Shown here in pieces: positions 1 to 10,716 of a stretch of DNA of 63,849 nt (its first letter is position 1; the number at the start of each line of letters is the position of its first letter). The stretch is taken from assembly GCF_016433145.1 (NCBI RefSeq), contig NC_058133.1, positions 33,420,331 through 33,484,179 on the forward strand, written 5' to 3'. A program made the translations under genes and the position numbers. The notes beneath the pieces were generated by a model. That model had not been told where the DNA came from and made no database searches. It saw nothing but the letters and a program-made list of their open reading frames with translations. The DNA is from Gracilinanus agilis. Lineage: Eukaryota.

Positions 1-2135
1 GCTTTGAGGATGAAAACAAGCCTGGAGAAGCTCTCAGGCTTCTTGAGTGCCCAGCACTCCTCTGGAATAACTGAGGCCATTGAGTAGTAAGTAGCATCTG
101 AAGGCTGCAAGTTGGCTCTGACCAGCAAGGCCAGACCCCTGATCTGGACCCCAGCCTGCACCCATCCCCACCTCCTGGGGCGGAGCTGCTGGGCATAGAT
201 AAAGTCCAGTGAGCAAAGGGCACTTGTTGGGTGTCCAGGCCAAGCTCCTGCTCCAAGGACAGCAGCGGAGGAAAGCGGAGGCCACAGGGAACCAGGTACA
301 GTATCTGCTCTGTCCTGCTCTGCGTGCTGGGGAGATCGGCCGGGCTTGGGGGGACATGATCTGGGGGGACGATCTTTCAGGGTTCGCAAACTCTCCCCAA
401 TTTCAGGGTCCATGGGTCCCGCTGGGGTGAACACCCGGGACCCCAGATTTCCAGCTCCAGGGGCCTTAGAGCCTTAGAGACCCCTCATTTATCAGAGAAA
501 GAAAATGAGGCCCCACGGTCACGAGTAGGGCTGAGATTTGAATCCAGGGGTTCGGATTCTAAATCCATACCTTTTTCACCCAAATCTGGAAAGACTGAAG
601 ATATATTGGTCTTCTGGGAAAAGGGGGGGGGTGAGAAGTCAAGAAAATCTGGGGTAAAATAAGTGATATTAAGCCTATTTTTGTATGGAAAAAAATCAGT
701 ATTACCGATCTGTACACAAGAGAATATTTAGTGTTGGGGCAGAGGGGGGGACCGTGCTGCCAGAGTCCCCCTACCCATCTGGAGATCCCAGGACCCCACC
801 CCCGGGAGCCCTGAAACCCAATTTGGTCCATGTTCCTGTGGGGGTGGGAATGAGGGGCAGGCGTGTACGTGAGGCATGTACTGCCTCCTGACCTTGGGTT
901 ATATGGGGCTGGGAGATAAGGATTCTGGGGTCCATTACTGCCTCAAGCCTGGCTACAAGGCCCTGGTCACCAAGGATGTCAGGACTGGAAGGGAAATGGA
1001 GCCTAAACACCACCCTGACCCCCACCCGCCACCCCTCCTCACAGAAGAGGCCCAGAGGAGAGAGAATAGCCCAAAGTCATTCAGGCAGGGAGGATTAGAA
1101 CCCAGGGCATGGCTGGTATTCCTATTTGGTAATCTCCTCACCAGCACTGGAGGGCCTTTGGGCCTGCAGTCTTGGAAGGGGGCCGGGGTGTCCAGACCTA
1201 GGCCTGGGGTTGGAATTCTTTATCATGGAACCTGGAGCCCTAAAGGACCTTGGGGTGGGGATGGGAGCCAGGGAGGGGCCTAGGAGGAGGCCTGGGGCTT
1301 CTTTTCTGTTTGTCAGACTCCTGGGGGAGGTGGGGACGGAGGAAGCTGGGGACAGTCTGAACAAAGTCCTTTGTGGAGGAGGCAGCAGCGGCAGGAGGCC
1401 TTCCCCCGCCAAGGACACAGGATGACACAGCAGCTCAGGGGGAGGATGGGCTGGGCTGGCCTGGGTCAGAAGAGCCCCAGGCCTGCATCTCGCCTCTCAC
1501 ACCACTGAGCTAGGCCTTGTGGGAGGGGGAGGCCTCCCTTCTTCCAGCCTCAGTTTCCCCCTTGATGCTATGAGGCCACCCCTTGAAGTGGCCAGTTCTC
1601 GATGAGCCCATCCTCCCTTTTCCGAGGCCAGGGTTCCCTTTCGAAGGAGCCTCCTCTCGACTGCCCCATCAGTCTCCACTGACTGAGCCAAAATCCACGG
1701 GGAACTCAGGGTCCTGAGGGGAGCAGGAGGAGGCAGCCGAGCGTGAGCCTGGGGGCCGGGAAAGATGCCGGTGGCATCAAAAGAAACTGGGAAGAGGAGA
1801 AGAGGAGAGGGTTGGGGAGAAAGAGAGCGGAGTTCTGTTTGGGATGTAAAAAACTTTTCCTTACTCTACTGTGTATTGGCTCCAAGGCAGAAGAGCCATA
1901 AGGGTTAGGCCATGGGGGTGAAGTGACTTGCCCAGGGTCACACAGCTGGGAAGTGTCTGAGGCCAGATTTGAACCCAGGACCTCCTGACTCTCCATCCAC
2001 TGAGCCACCTCCGTGCCCCCACCTGGGGAAGATCTAAATCAAAATGTCTCTGGGTGTTGTGGGAATGAAGCTCAGGACAGAGTCTGGGGCTGGAGGCATA
2101 GATCCGGGAATTATCTCTGGTTGCTGGGGAGGTCA
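1..2135 (-). CDS. Candidate unidentified multi-exon protein-coding gene, continuing off the left edge. Proposed exons 2135-2023, 1197-1142, 984-893, 360-172 and 97-<1; speculative upstream exons 3428-3312 and 3116-3065
   Basis: AG/GT-bounded, stop-free, phase-compatible chain (1>0, 0>2, 2>1, 1>1, 1>open) giving ...PDILGDQGLVARLEAVMDPRILISQPHITQ-DHVPPSPADLPSTQSRTEQILYLVPCGLRFPPLLSLEQELGLDTQQVPFAHWTLSMPSSSAPG-DATYYSMASVIPEECWALKKPESFSRLVFILK. No homolog recognised. Confidence 0.4.
1861..2012 (-). mobile_element. Marsupial tRNA/CORE-derived SINE
   Basis: Antisense CORE motif aagtgacttgcccagggtcacacagctgggaagtgtctgaggccagatttgaaccc. Confidence 0.85.
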
Positions 2136-2337
2136 CTAAAAAACAAGAGAGGGAGACTAGGGGGCCCAGAACAGAGCTGCCTGTGGTTAGTGAAGACCCA
2201 GCAAAGGAGCCTGAGAAGGAGCAGCCAAACAGGGAGAAGGAAAACCAAGAGAGAATGAGCTCCAAAAACCCAGAGAGGAGAGAGCATCAGGAGGAAAGGG
2301 TGATGATGGCCAGAGAGGAGCAAAAAAAGAAATGAGG

Positions 2338-2790
2338 AGGGGCAGCTGGGTGGCTCAGTGGACAGAGGACCAGGCCTAGAGCCCAGAGGTCCTGGGTTCA
2401 ATTCTGGCCTCAGACACTTCCTAACTGTGTGACCCTGGGCAAGTCACTTGACCCCCATTGCCCACCCTTACTACTCTTCTGCCTTGGAACCAATACACAG
2501 TATTGACTCCAAGATGGAAGGTGAAGGCAAAAAAAAAAAAAAAAAAAAAAAAAGACAAAGTAGGACTTTAAAATAATAACAGGGGGCAGCTGGGTAGCTC
2601 AGTGGATTGAGAGTCAGACCTAGAGACGGGAGGTCCTGGGTTCAAATCTGGCCTCAGACACTTCCCAGCTGTGTGACCCTGGGCAAGTCACTTGACCCCC
2701 ATTGCCCACCCTTACTTACCACTCTTCTTCTTCTGCCTTGGAGCCAATACACAGAAGTTAAGGGTTTAAAAAAATATATAAAAAATAATA
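2338..2790 (+). mobile_element. Two adjacent marsupial SINEs (about 2338-2552 and 2583-2790)
   Basis: Each has a ggggcagctggg head with A/B boxes, a CORE body and an A-rich tail. Confidence 0.9.
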
Positions 2791-4394
2791 ATAATAGCTA
2801 CCATTTACATAGAGTTTACACATTATCCCATTTGCCTACTCTGAGAGATAGATGTGATCATTAACCCATTTCACAGATGAGAAAAGACTGGGACTGAGAA
2901 AGATGGTGTGATTTGTACAGAGTCAGTCCGAGTGTTGGAGGTGGGATTTAAACTCGGGCCTTGATCGCTGCAAGTTTAGTGCTCTGCCCACCAGGCTGCC
3001 TGGCCGCTTCCTCATCTAAGCAGAGAAGGCCCCCAATATTCCAAACAGATAAAGGGAGAGAAACCTGGGCCTGCCTGGGAGGGGCTGCCGTTCTCCTGCC
3101 GGTGACAGCCTGTGGCCTTGGAAGTTAAAGAAAAATTATTTGAGGAGGGAGAAAAAGACCAAGTGATGGCCTCCGGCCTGCGACAAATCCCTCATCTGCT
3201 CTGCATGCCTTGGTTTCCTCGTTTGCCAAATGGGGACAAGGCTGACATCTCCTTCCCGGAGTCCCTGTGAGGGTGGAACGAGAGAATGTGTGTAAAGGCC
3301 GCTATAACTACCAGGGAAGGCTGCGACCTCCGGCCTGGAGCTTCACAAATCCTCCCTGTTCCGGCCTCCACATCCTGCCCACGATGGCCTATTTCAGCCT
3401 CTTCCACCTCGGGGCTTGGCTGGTTCATCTTGTGCCAAGCCAGCCTGACTCAGCCGCTGCCTCCTCCGCTGCCCAGGCGGACGGGCACGTGCCAGCCTGC
3501 TTTCCCTTTCTTCCTCGTCCTTCCTCTCTCTTGTCCTTCTCTTCTCCTCCAATTTATTTTTTTAAGGCCTGCCCGTACGGAATAGAGGCTTGTCCTCGTG
3601 CGACATGCTTTTTCCTTCTGGCCGTGGGTGGAAATGCTGCCCGGACCTGACGTTGGCGAAGTTCTGAATAAAGATAAATGAATGGCTGGTGGTGGAGAGC
3701 TGGGACAAAACTGTGAGGGAGAATCCCCGGCTCAGAGGCAAGAGGGCCAACGGGCCTTAGCCACCTCCAGGCGCAAACCCCCTTGTTTTACAGAGGAGGA
3801 TACTGAGGCTAGAGAAGGGGAGGGCCTTGTAAGGAGTAGATTTGGTCCTAGAATGGGGCCTCAGACTCCAGCGCCAGCCCAGCTTCTATTTCTATCCAAG
3901 GGCCCCCACAACATCTGAGCCTCAGTTTCCCCATCTGCATGAAGAGAGGCCTGGACAACAGATACCTCCTCCATTCAAATCAACAACCCTACGATCCAGC
4001 CCCCTGTCTCTACTCAGGTGGCCGGATCCTGGAGGTCCCTGGAGCTCAGAGTGAGAGGCAGGAGGGCCAGGATCCTGCCAGGTTCTGAGGAAGATCCCTC
4101 TGACTGCTGAATGGAGGATGGAGGGGGACGGGAAGGCCAAATGGTAACTCCTCTGGCTGCCTGACCTCTTCTTCCCTCTCCAGACTTCCATATTATTATA
4201 TTATACAAATAGCATATATATATATATATAAAGAAAATTCTTGTCTCCACGCTGCATAGTCATGCCAAACAGTTCTTCCTGCTTCTCATACATGAGGCCT
4301 CCATCTCCCACCTCTTTACTTTTGCCCTGATTGACCCCTTCCCTGGGATGCTCTCCTTCCTCTTGGTCTCTCAAAGGTGCCCGTCACCTTCCAT

Positions 4395-4775
4395 GCCACC
4401 TTCTCTCCCATCCCCTTCATTGCCCCCTCCTTCTCCTTCCTCCTTCCCCTGCCTTCTCCTCCTCCCTCCTTCTTTCTCTTCCTCTCTCTTTCTCCTCCTC
4501 TCTCCTCCTCCTTTCTCTTTCTCTTCCTCTCTCTTCATCCTCTTTCTCTTCCTCTCCCCTCATCCTCTCTCTTTCTCCTCTTTCCTTCTTTCTCTTCTCT
4601 CTTTCTCCTCTCTCCTTCTTTCTCCTCCTCTCTCTTTCTCCTCCTCTCTCTTTCTCCTCCTCTCTCTTTCTCCTCCTCTCTCCTCATCCTCTCTCTCCTC
4701 TCTCCTTCTTTCTCTTCCTCTCTTCTCCTCCTCTCTCCATCCTTCTTCCCTCTTCCTCTCCCCTCCTTTGCCTCT
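4395..4775. repeat. Long imperfect (CT/CCT/CTT)n polypyrimidine tract
   Basis: About 380 nt that are almost entirely C/T. Confidence 0.95.
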
Positions 4776-5559
4776 GCCTCCCCCTTGTTCCCTTGGCAGT
4801 TGGGATTCTATCCCTCAAAGCCAGAGAGAACAAGGACATCAGGGGAGCTTGGCTTAGGGACACAGAGACCTTTGTCCTCTCACAATCTCACATTGTGAGG
4901 CTCTGGGCCTGCCCCGATGCCAGGCAAGAGGGACCGAGATGTGAAATTCCTCCTGGTGGGTGTCTGGACGGGTTGGCCAAGGCCTCTCCATCTTCTTCCT
5001 CCCCATTGCCCCCCACAACCTACTGCGGGAAGGTGCCTGTGCTCCCAAGACTGAGTCAGGCAACATGGCCTTAGGGCTGCTCAGCCTCATGCTAGGGCCT
5101 GGGGCAGTCAAGGAATTGGTGGCCCCCCAATCTGAGTGCATTAAGGCAGAGAGGAGTCAATGCTGCTAAGTGGGAAAAGCCCTAGACTAGAGGGTCAAGG
5201 GACCTGAATTCTAATGCTGCCGGTCACTGCCTCTATGACGCTGGGCCTCCCTTTACCCTCTGTAAAATGAAGGCCATATTCCACCACCTCTCAAGTCTCT
5301 TCTAACTCCAAGGCCTGTTTTATTCTCCTGGGGAGGACCTAGCGTTCTGTCTGGAGTTAGAGGCAGCCTTAGAAACCAATTCTGGCTCTCTCAACTTACA
5401 GATAAGGAAACTGAGGCCCATCATGGGGAGAAAACCTATGTGAAGTCAGGAAGAAAAGCATCATTTCAGCCTAGATCCTTGGGCTCCACATTCCCACGAT
5501 GCTGCCCTCCCAGAGAACAGAAGTTTCTTAAGGGCAGGCCCCGAGTTCTTTCTCTTTTT

Positions 5560-5757
5560 TTCTTTTAAATCCTCCTCTTCTATCTTAGAATCAATCTTGA
5601 GTATTGGTTCCAGGGCAGAAGAATAGTAAGGGCTAGGTAACAGGGGTTAAGTGACTTGTCCAGAGTCACACAGCTAGGAAGTATCTGAGGTCAAATTTGA
5701 ACCCAGGATCTCCAATCTCTAAGGCTGACTCTCCATCCACTGAGCCACCCAGCTGTT
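5560..5757 (-). mobile_element. Marsupial SINE
   Basis: Antisense CORE-SINE with T-rich tail. Confidence 0.85.
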
Positions 5758-5953
5758 CCCTAAGTTATTTCTTAATCTTTGTCTCCCTAATGCCTAACAC
5801 AGACAATGCCTTGAATGCAGTAGGTGCTTAATAGCCTTTTTTGAAGATATAAATGAATGAGTGAGTAAGTGAGTGAGTGAGGACAAAGAGAGGCTGCCTC
5901 TATGCCCGTCTCTCCTGACATCCGCCACTTTTGTTCTCCAGGCAGCTGGCAGG

Positions 5954-8900
5954 ATGGGTCCGCCAGGCCTCCCGCTGGCCATCCTGCTCGGGCTGCTGGG
6001 GGCTTCCCTGGCCTTTGAGAACAAGACGAGGTTCTGCCAACCGGCTCCGATGTGGCAAGTGGACGGAGGCAGAGCCCCCATGGAGGAAGCCCGGGGCAAT
6101 GTGACAGTGGTGGCCCTCCTGAAGGCCAGCTGACACTTCTGTCTCAAGCAAGCTGCCAGGTATCGGGCATGACAGGGATGGTTTCAAGGGTGGGATGGGA
6201 CAAAACGCAGCAGCTCCAGGAGCCAAGGGGCCCAGGCTGGCCCAACGGGCTCCAAGAGAGCCAGACTAATGGTCAACTGAAACTGGGTCAAAACGCTCCA
6301 GCTCATCCTTATGAGCCATTGGGCGATGGCACAAAGCTCATTTTGAGCCTCAGTTTCCCCATATCACAGATGCTTATAGTTGGAAAGGACCTCAGCAGGA
6401 ATGAGAGCCTGCCCCCTCCCTATCCCAGAAACAAATGGGCCTTATTAGGGCAGCCTCTACTTGCAGACCTACAAGGATGGGGAGCTTACCACCTCTCAAA
6501 GTAGCCCATCCTACTCAGGGCCAGTTCTCTCTGCTAGGAAACTTTTCTAGACACCCAACTTCAGTCTGCTTCTCCCTTGGCTCCTGGTCTTGCCCTCTGA
6601 GGCTAAGCAGGACAAGGCTGGCCCCTCCTCCACAGGATGGCATCTCGAGCCCTTGAAGACGGGTATCCGCTGGGGAAGAGGGATCCTCCCTGAATCTTCT
6701 TGTTTCCAGGCCAAATGTCCCAGGTCCTTCCCTTGAGCTTCCCATGGCATGAACTCCAGGCCCTTCCCCATCTGCCTGCCCTCCTCTGGACTCTCTCCAG
6801 CTCACAGCCTTACTCTCACCTCCTCTGTCCTTCTGAATGGAGCCCCAGACATCATGAGTTTTTGCCTGCCTTAACACACTATTGTTTGGGGGCAGCTAGG
6901 TGGCTCTGTGGATAGAGCACCAGATCTGAAATAGGAAGTCCTGGGTTCAAATCTGATCTCAGATACTTCTCAGCTATGTGACCCTGGGTAAATCACTTAA
7001 CCCAATTGCATAGCCCTTACTGCTCTTGGTACTCAGATTCAGTATCAATTCTAAATCAGAAGTGAAGGGCTTAAAAATAACCCTAAACCCCAAATCATAC
7101 ACTTATATGAATGAGGCTGTGGTCCACCAGGACCACCAGATTTCTTCCAGACAGGTTGCCATTCATCCCATCCTGTCTCCCACTAGCCTAGACTTAGAAA
7201 GGTGTTTTTTGAACCCAACCTTATGACACTGGTCCCACTGAATTTTATCTCCTACCACTTCATGGGAGGCCGGGGTGAAGCAAGAGCCAGTGAGAGATGG
7301 GAAAAGGGTGAAGGGGAGGAGGAAGCTCTTGGGGAATGGCTTCAAGTCTCTCAGAAAAATAAATGGGAGGCCAGGTTCTCCACTAACCCAAGTCTGGCAC
7401 TCGATCTCCCAGAAGGGAGTCGTGTGGAAAACACTTGGCAGCCAGCACTTGGGCACGGCAGGAACAGGGCCCCGGCTTTCACGAGGCCTCCTGGCAGTTC
7501 TGAGCTGAGCCGCCCTCAGTGCCTTCCCCTTCCTGGGCCAGCCCCCACGAGCGCCCTACTTTCTGGGCCTCTGTTCCTTGCCTGTTCCCAGGCCCAAGCC
7601 AACAGTGGGTTTATTCAGTGAGAGAGGAAAGGGGGAGGAAGAAGAGTGGGCGTAGGGAACCTGACCCAGAAACGGGATCTTTCTGAAAAGTAAACCCTTC
7701 CTTCACTCAAGGGGTCAAACGGACTCCTAGCTTGAGGCCCTTCCATCCAGCTGCTTCCTCTGCCTCCTCGCAGACTTCCAAGGAGGCTCAGAAATCGTCG
7801 AGGCAAGCCACACACGCACAACCCCCCAAGATCCTTTTAAGAGGAGAAAATGGCGGCCTTGTCCAAGGACTCAAAGGAAAACCAAGGCAGGGCTGGGCCT
7901 TGGCTCCTTTTCTCAGCACTCTCCTGCCGGCAGAGGCTCTGAGGTCAAGGGGGAAAGGAGGCCCCCCGAGGCTCAGCTCACCCGTCCCTCCCTTTTCCTC
8001 CTCAGCATGGGCAGCTTGCAGGAGCGCCTGGCCCGGTTGGGCGCTGCCGACGTCCGTTTTATCATAGTCAATGAGAAGTCGCCTCAGTCCCTGGCCCTGC
8101 ACGGGGAGCTGGAACGCCATGCCCCGCCAGGCATCCCTGTCTACGGCCAACCAGGGCCTGGCCCTGACATCTGGAGCATCCTCAGCGGGGCCAAGGATGA
8201 CTTCCTTGTCTATGACAGGTGAGACCCCGCGGCGAGGGCCAGAGAGGGCGGCCAGAGATCCTGAGCGCATCGGGGGGAATCAGGCAGCCCAAGGCCATCC
8301 TGAGCCTCTTGGGGCCGGGTTGTCTGATGCCCAAACATCCCGCCACTGAGCTCTTCCTGGGGGCGCCTTTCTTCCATCTGGGCTGGCTGGATTTCCTCCT
8401 CCCCGGGGTTGCCAGGCCTCTCCTCCCTCCCTTTCCTTGACTTGGCGGAGCTGCCCCACATCCCGTGGATCGGCTGACTGATGCACAAGAAGGGCGCAGC
8501 CTCCTGATCCGCCGGCCCGGCCGCCGGCTTCTCCCTGTGCCCCACTATATAGGGCCGTGAGAAGGATGTAGAAAGACTCAGAGTCGGCAGCCGACCGAAG
8601 TTCTGAGGCAGCATGAATTTCCCGGCCTTGGGGGTGGGGGTGGGGGCAATCGAGCCTTGAGAAGGGAGGGGGCGACTTCCCCAAGAGGTGGGCATAGTCA
8701 GGGGGCCCCAGGAGGCCCTCAGAGCCTCCTAATCCCACCCCTCCTTTTGTGAATGAGGAAACAGGCCCAGGGAGACCCAGGGACTGTCTAAAGTCAAATG
8801 GCAGGAGCAGGGCCAGGGGTGGGATTCAGATTCAGGCCCTGGAACCCCGAGCCCAGCACGCTCCCCACCTCAGGCGGGCTGCTCCCCCACCTCTGTCTGT

Positions 8901-10298
8901 CCTCACAGGTGTGGCCGCCTGACCTTCCACATCCGGCTGCCCTTTAGCTTCCTGCACTTCCCCTACGTGGAGTCGGCCATTCGTTTCACCCACCGGCACG
9001 ATAGTTGTGGAAACTGTTCTTTCTACCCTGCCCAGGTGAGACCCCGGAAAGGGCATGGTTGGCGGGCAGCCACGGGCATCCAGGCCTGGTGGCCTGAGAA
9101 GCATCAGGCATCCTCATCAGTCGTCCCATCAGACGGCTTTATTTCCTAAATGGGCAAAGGACCAGGGACTTACCCAAGGTCACACAGACAGAGAGTAACC
9201 GAGTGAAAAGAGACTCCCCACCTTCCCTCCCCTGCTGAGCACTCAGAGCCCCCATACGGTCTCCCTGAGCTATCGAGGCTCAAGTCTCCTACATGGGGTG
9301 AGCTTGCCCGGCCTGGACCGTAGGATCTGCCCATCCTTCAGTGCCTACCTGGAACCTCTTCCTCAGGGGTCTCCCCTTCAGCTCTGTGGAGGGTATCCTG
9401 AGGTGAACCCTTTGTTCAGAGCCTGGGGCTGGCTCAGGCTGTCCTGGAGAAGGCGGCCTGCCTACAGGCAGCTTATGAGTAAATCCTCAGCGCCAGCTGG
9501 CTGCCCTAAGCTGGACACGTGGAGCCACCTTCTCCCACACTGGCCAGCACGACCACCCAGAGTGCTAGGGCAGAGGCGTCCTCGGCTCGAGGGGAGCCCA
9601 CAGGAGCAGCCCCAGCAGCGAGCGACCAGGAGGCAGCCACCAGGGAGCCCCCACACCCACCCCATTGCAGCTGGGGCAGTTTGTGATTTGGAATCTTGTC
9701 CTCTTCCGCCTGTGGGGTCTGAGGAGCGCCTCAGGGGTGCTCTGGGGATGACCAGGGACATTTCTCCTCATGCTTAGCCTTGCAGAGAAAAGGGAGATGG
9801 GGGTAATCCCGAACCCAGGGCCGCACTCCCCGAGTACCCATGGCGATAGAAGCTAGCTCCAAAACGGAGTCACACGTAGCAAGAGAGGGAAGACAAGGGA
9901 CCCCCTTCCCCTCGGACGCCCCAGGGAGCTGGTAGACTGGCTCGGCCCCAACTTTGGGGCCTTCTTACAGGCTCCCCCACCCCAACCCCATCATCCACTT
10001 TCTAGTCCAAGCTGTCTAGCAGGGATGTGTGAAGTCAGGGAGTGTCACCCTCTGGTTTCCTCTCTAGGTGAACAGCACGGACGAGGAGAAGGTGGCGTCC
10101 ACTCAGTCCCCTGGCCTAGAAGGCCAAGGGCAGGAGCCCCTGGGTGAGAAGCCCAGCAGCCACAGGCTGACTCTGTGGTCAAGCGCCCTTCGCACTGCCC
10201 ACCCCCGTGATCCTGTCCAGGGCCACAGCGAGAAGCCATCCCTCAGCCTTCCTCCACACAGCCTAGAGCCATCCCGCGACGAAGAGGCCACTGGATAA
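5954..10298 (+). CDS. SELENOP2: Selenoprotein P paralog (SELENOP2 / SelPb-like), 258 aa with one Sec. Coding exons 5954-6159, 8006-8218, 8909-9035, 10068-10298
   Basis: Signal peptide MGPPGLPLAILLGLLGASLA, then VTVVALLKAS-U-HFC (TGA 6131-6133, UxxC), KDDFLVYDRCGRLTFHIRLPFSFLHFPYVESAI and CGNCS, all SELENOP N-terminal domain hallmarks. All introns GT-AG with phases 2/2/0; exons sum to 777 nt; TAA at 10296-10298; SECIS downstream. Confidence 0.93.
6888..7080 (+). mobile_element. Marsupial SINE in SELENOP2 intron 1
   Basis: ggggcagctaggtggctc head, ggttcaaatc B box, CORE body. Confidence 0.85.
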
Positions 10299-10524
10299 CC
10301 CTCGAATGGCCGCGGTCCCCGCCAGGTCCCCACCCTCCAGGCCGGCCCCAAGAGGGCCCCCCGACCCCATCCCCAACCTCATCTCCTGTCCAGCCGGCTC
10401 CTGTGTCAGAGGGGAGGAACTGAGGAGTCCCCGGGGCCATGATGGAGCCAGGAGGCCCTCAGCCCTATCTGTGTCCATCCGGGTTGTGGTCCACTTGCCT
10501 GTGGTGCTGGGCCATGCCCACTGC

Positions 10525-10612
10525 CCTTCCCTCCCTCAATTAATGATGCCCACAGTGAAACCCAGAGAACTGGTCATTGTGGGCTGATGCCACACAGAGA
10601 GGAGGGAGGAGG
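10525..10612 (+). promoter_or_regulatory. SECIS element (type 2) in the SELENOP2 3' UTR
   Basis: ATGA core 10543-10546; helix II GCCCACAGTG (10548-10557) pairs with CATTGTGGGC (10575-10584); unpaired AAA 10558-10560; apical mini-stem CCAG-agaa-CTGG; GA at 10586-10587; helix I CTCCCTC/GAGGGAG. Confidence 0.93.
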
Positions 10613-10710
10613 AGGAGGCTCCATTGTCCATACCCAGGCATGACTGTGAGCCCAGATGACCCACCACCAAGCTGGCCCTCAGAGGGGGTGGGAGGCTCGA
10701 GGAAGTGACC

Positions 10711-10716
10711 AATAAA
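10711..10716 (+). terminator. Probable polyadenylation signal of SELENOP2
   Basis: AATAAA about 100 nt after the SECIS. Confidence 0.7.

Noticed and set aside
782-892. Extra micro-exon GTWTKLGFRAPG for the left-edge gene
   Set aside because: It would need an intron of about 55 nt, below the usual mammalian minimum.
2338-2420. tRNA genes (A/B boxes)
   Set aside because: These are tRNA-derived SINE heads with no cloverleaf or anticodon arm.
1-5000. ZSWIM5 3' end, expected from human synteny
   Set aside because: No recognisable ZSWIM5 C-terminal peptide in any frame.
4331-5074. Three overlapping long ORFs (169-247 aa)
   Set aside because: They arise from the stop-free CT-rich tract.
6131-6133. 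TGA as a premature stop (pseudogene)
   Set aside because: It falls at the conserved U of UxxC, downstream exons are intact and a SECIS is present.
6160-6170. U12-type intron (GTATCG donor)
   Set aside because: It lacks the GTATCCTT consensus and no TCCTTAAC branch site was seen.
5954-10298. Calling this gene canonical SELENOP
   Set aside because: It has one UGA, one SECIS, no Sec-rich C-terminus and UROD/HECTD3 synteny.
10625-10710. Second SECIS (ATGA at about 10630 and 10646)
   Set aside because: No helix II with a matching GA or an AA loop.
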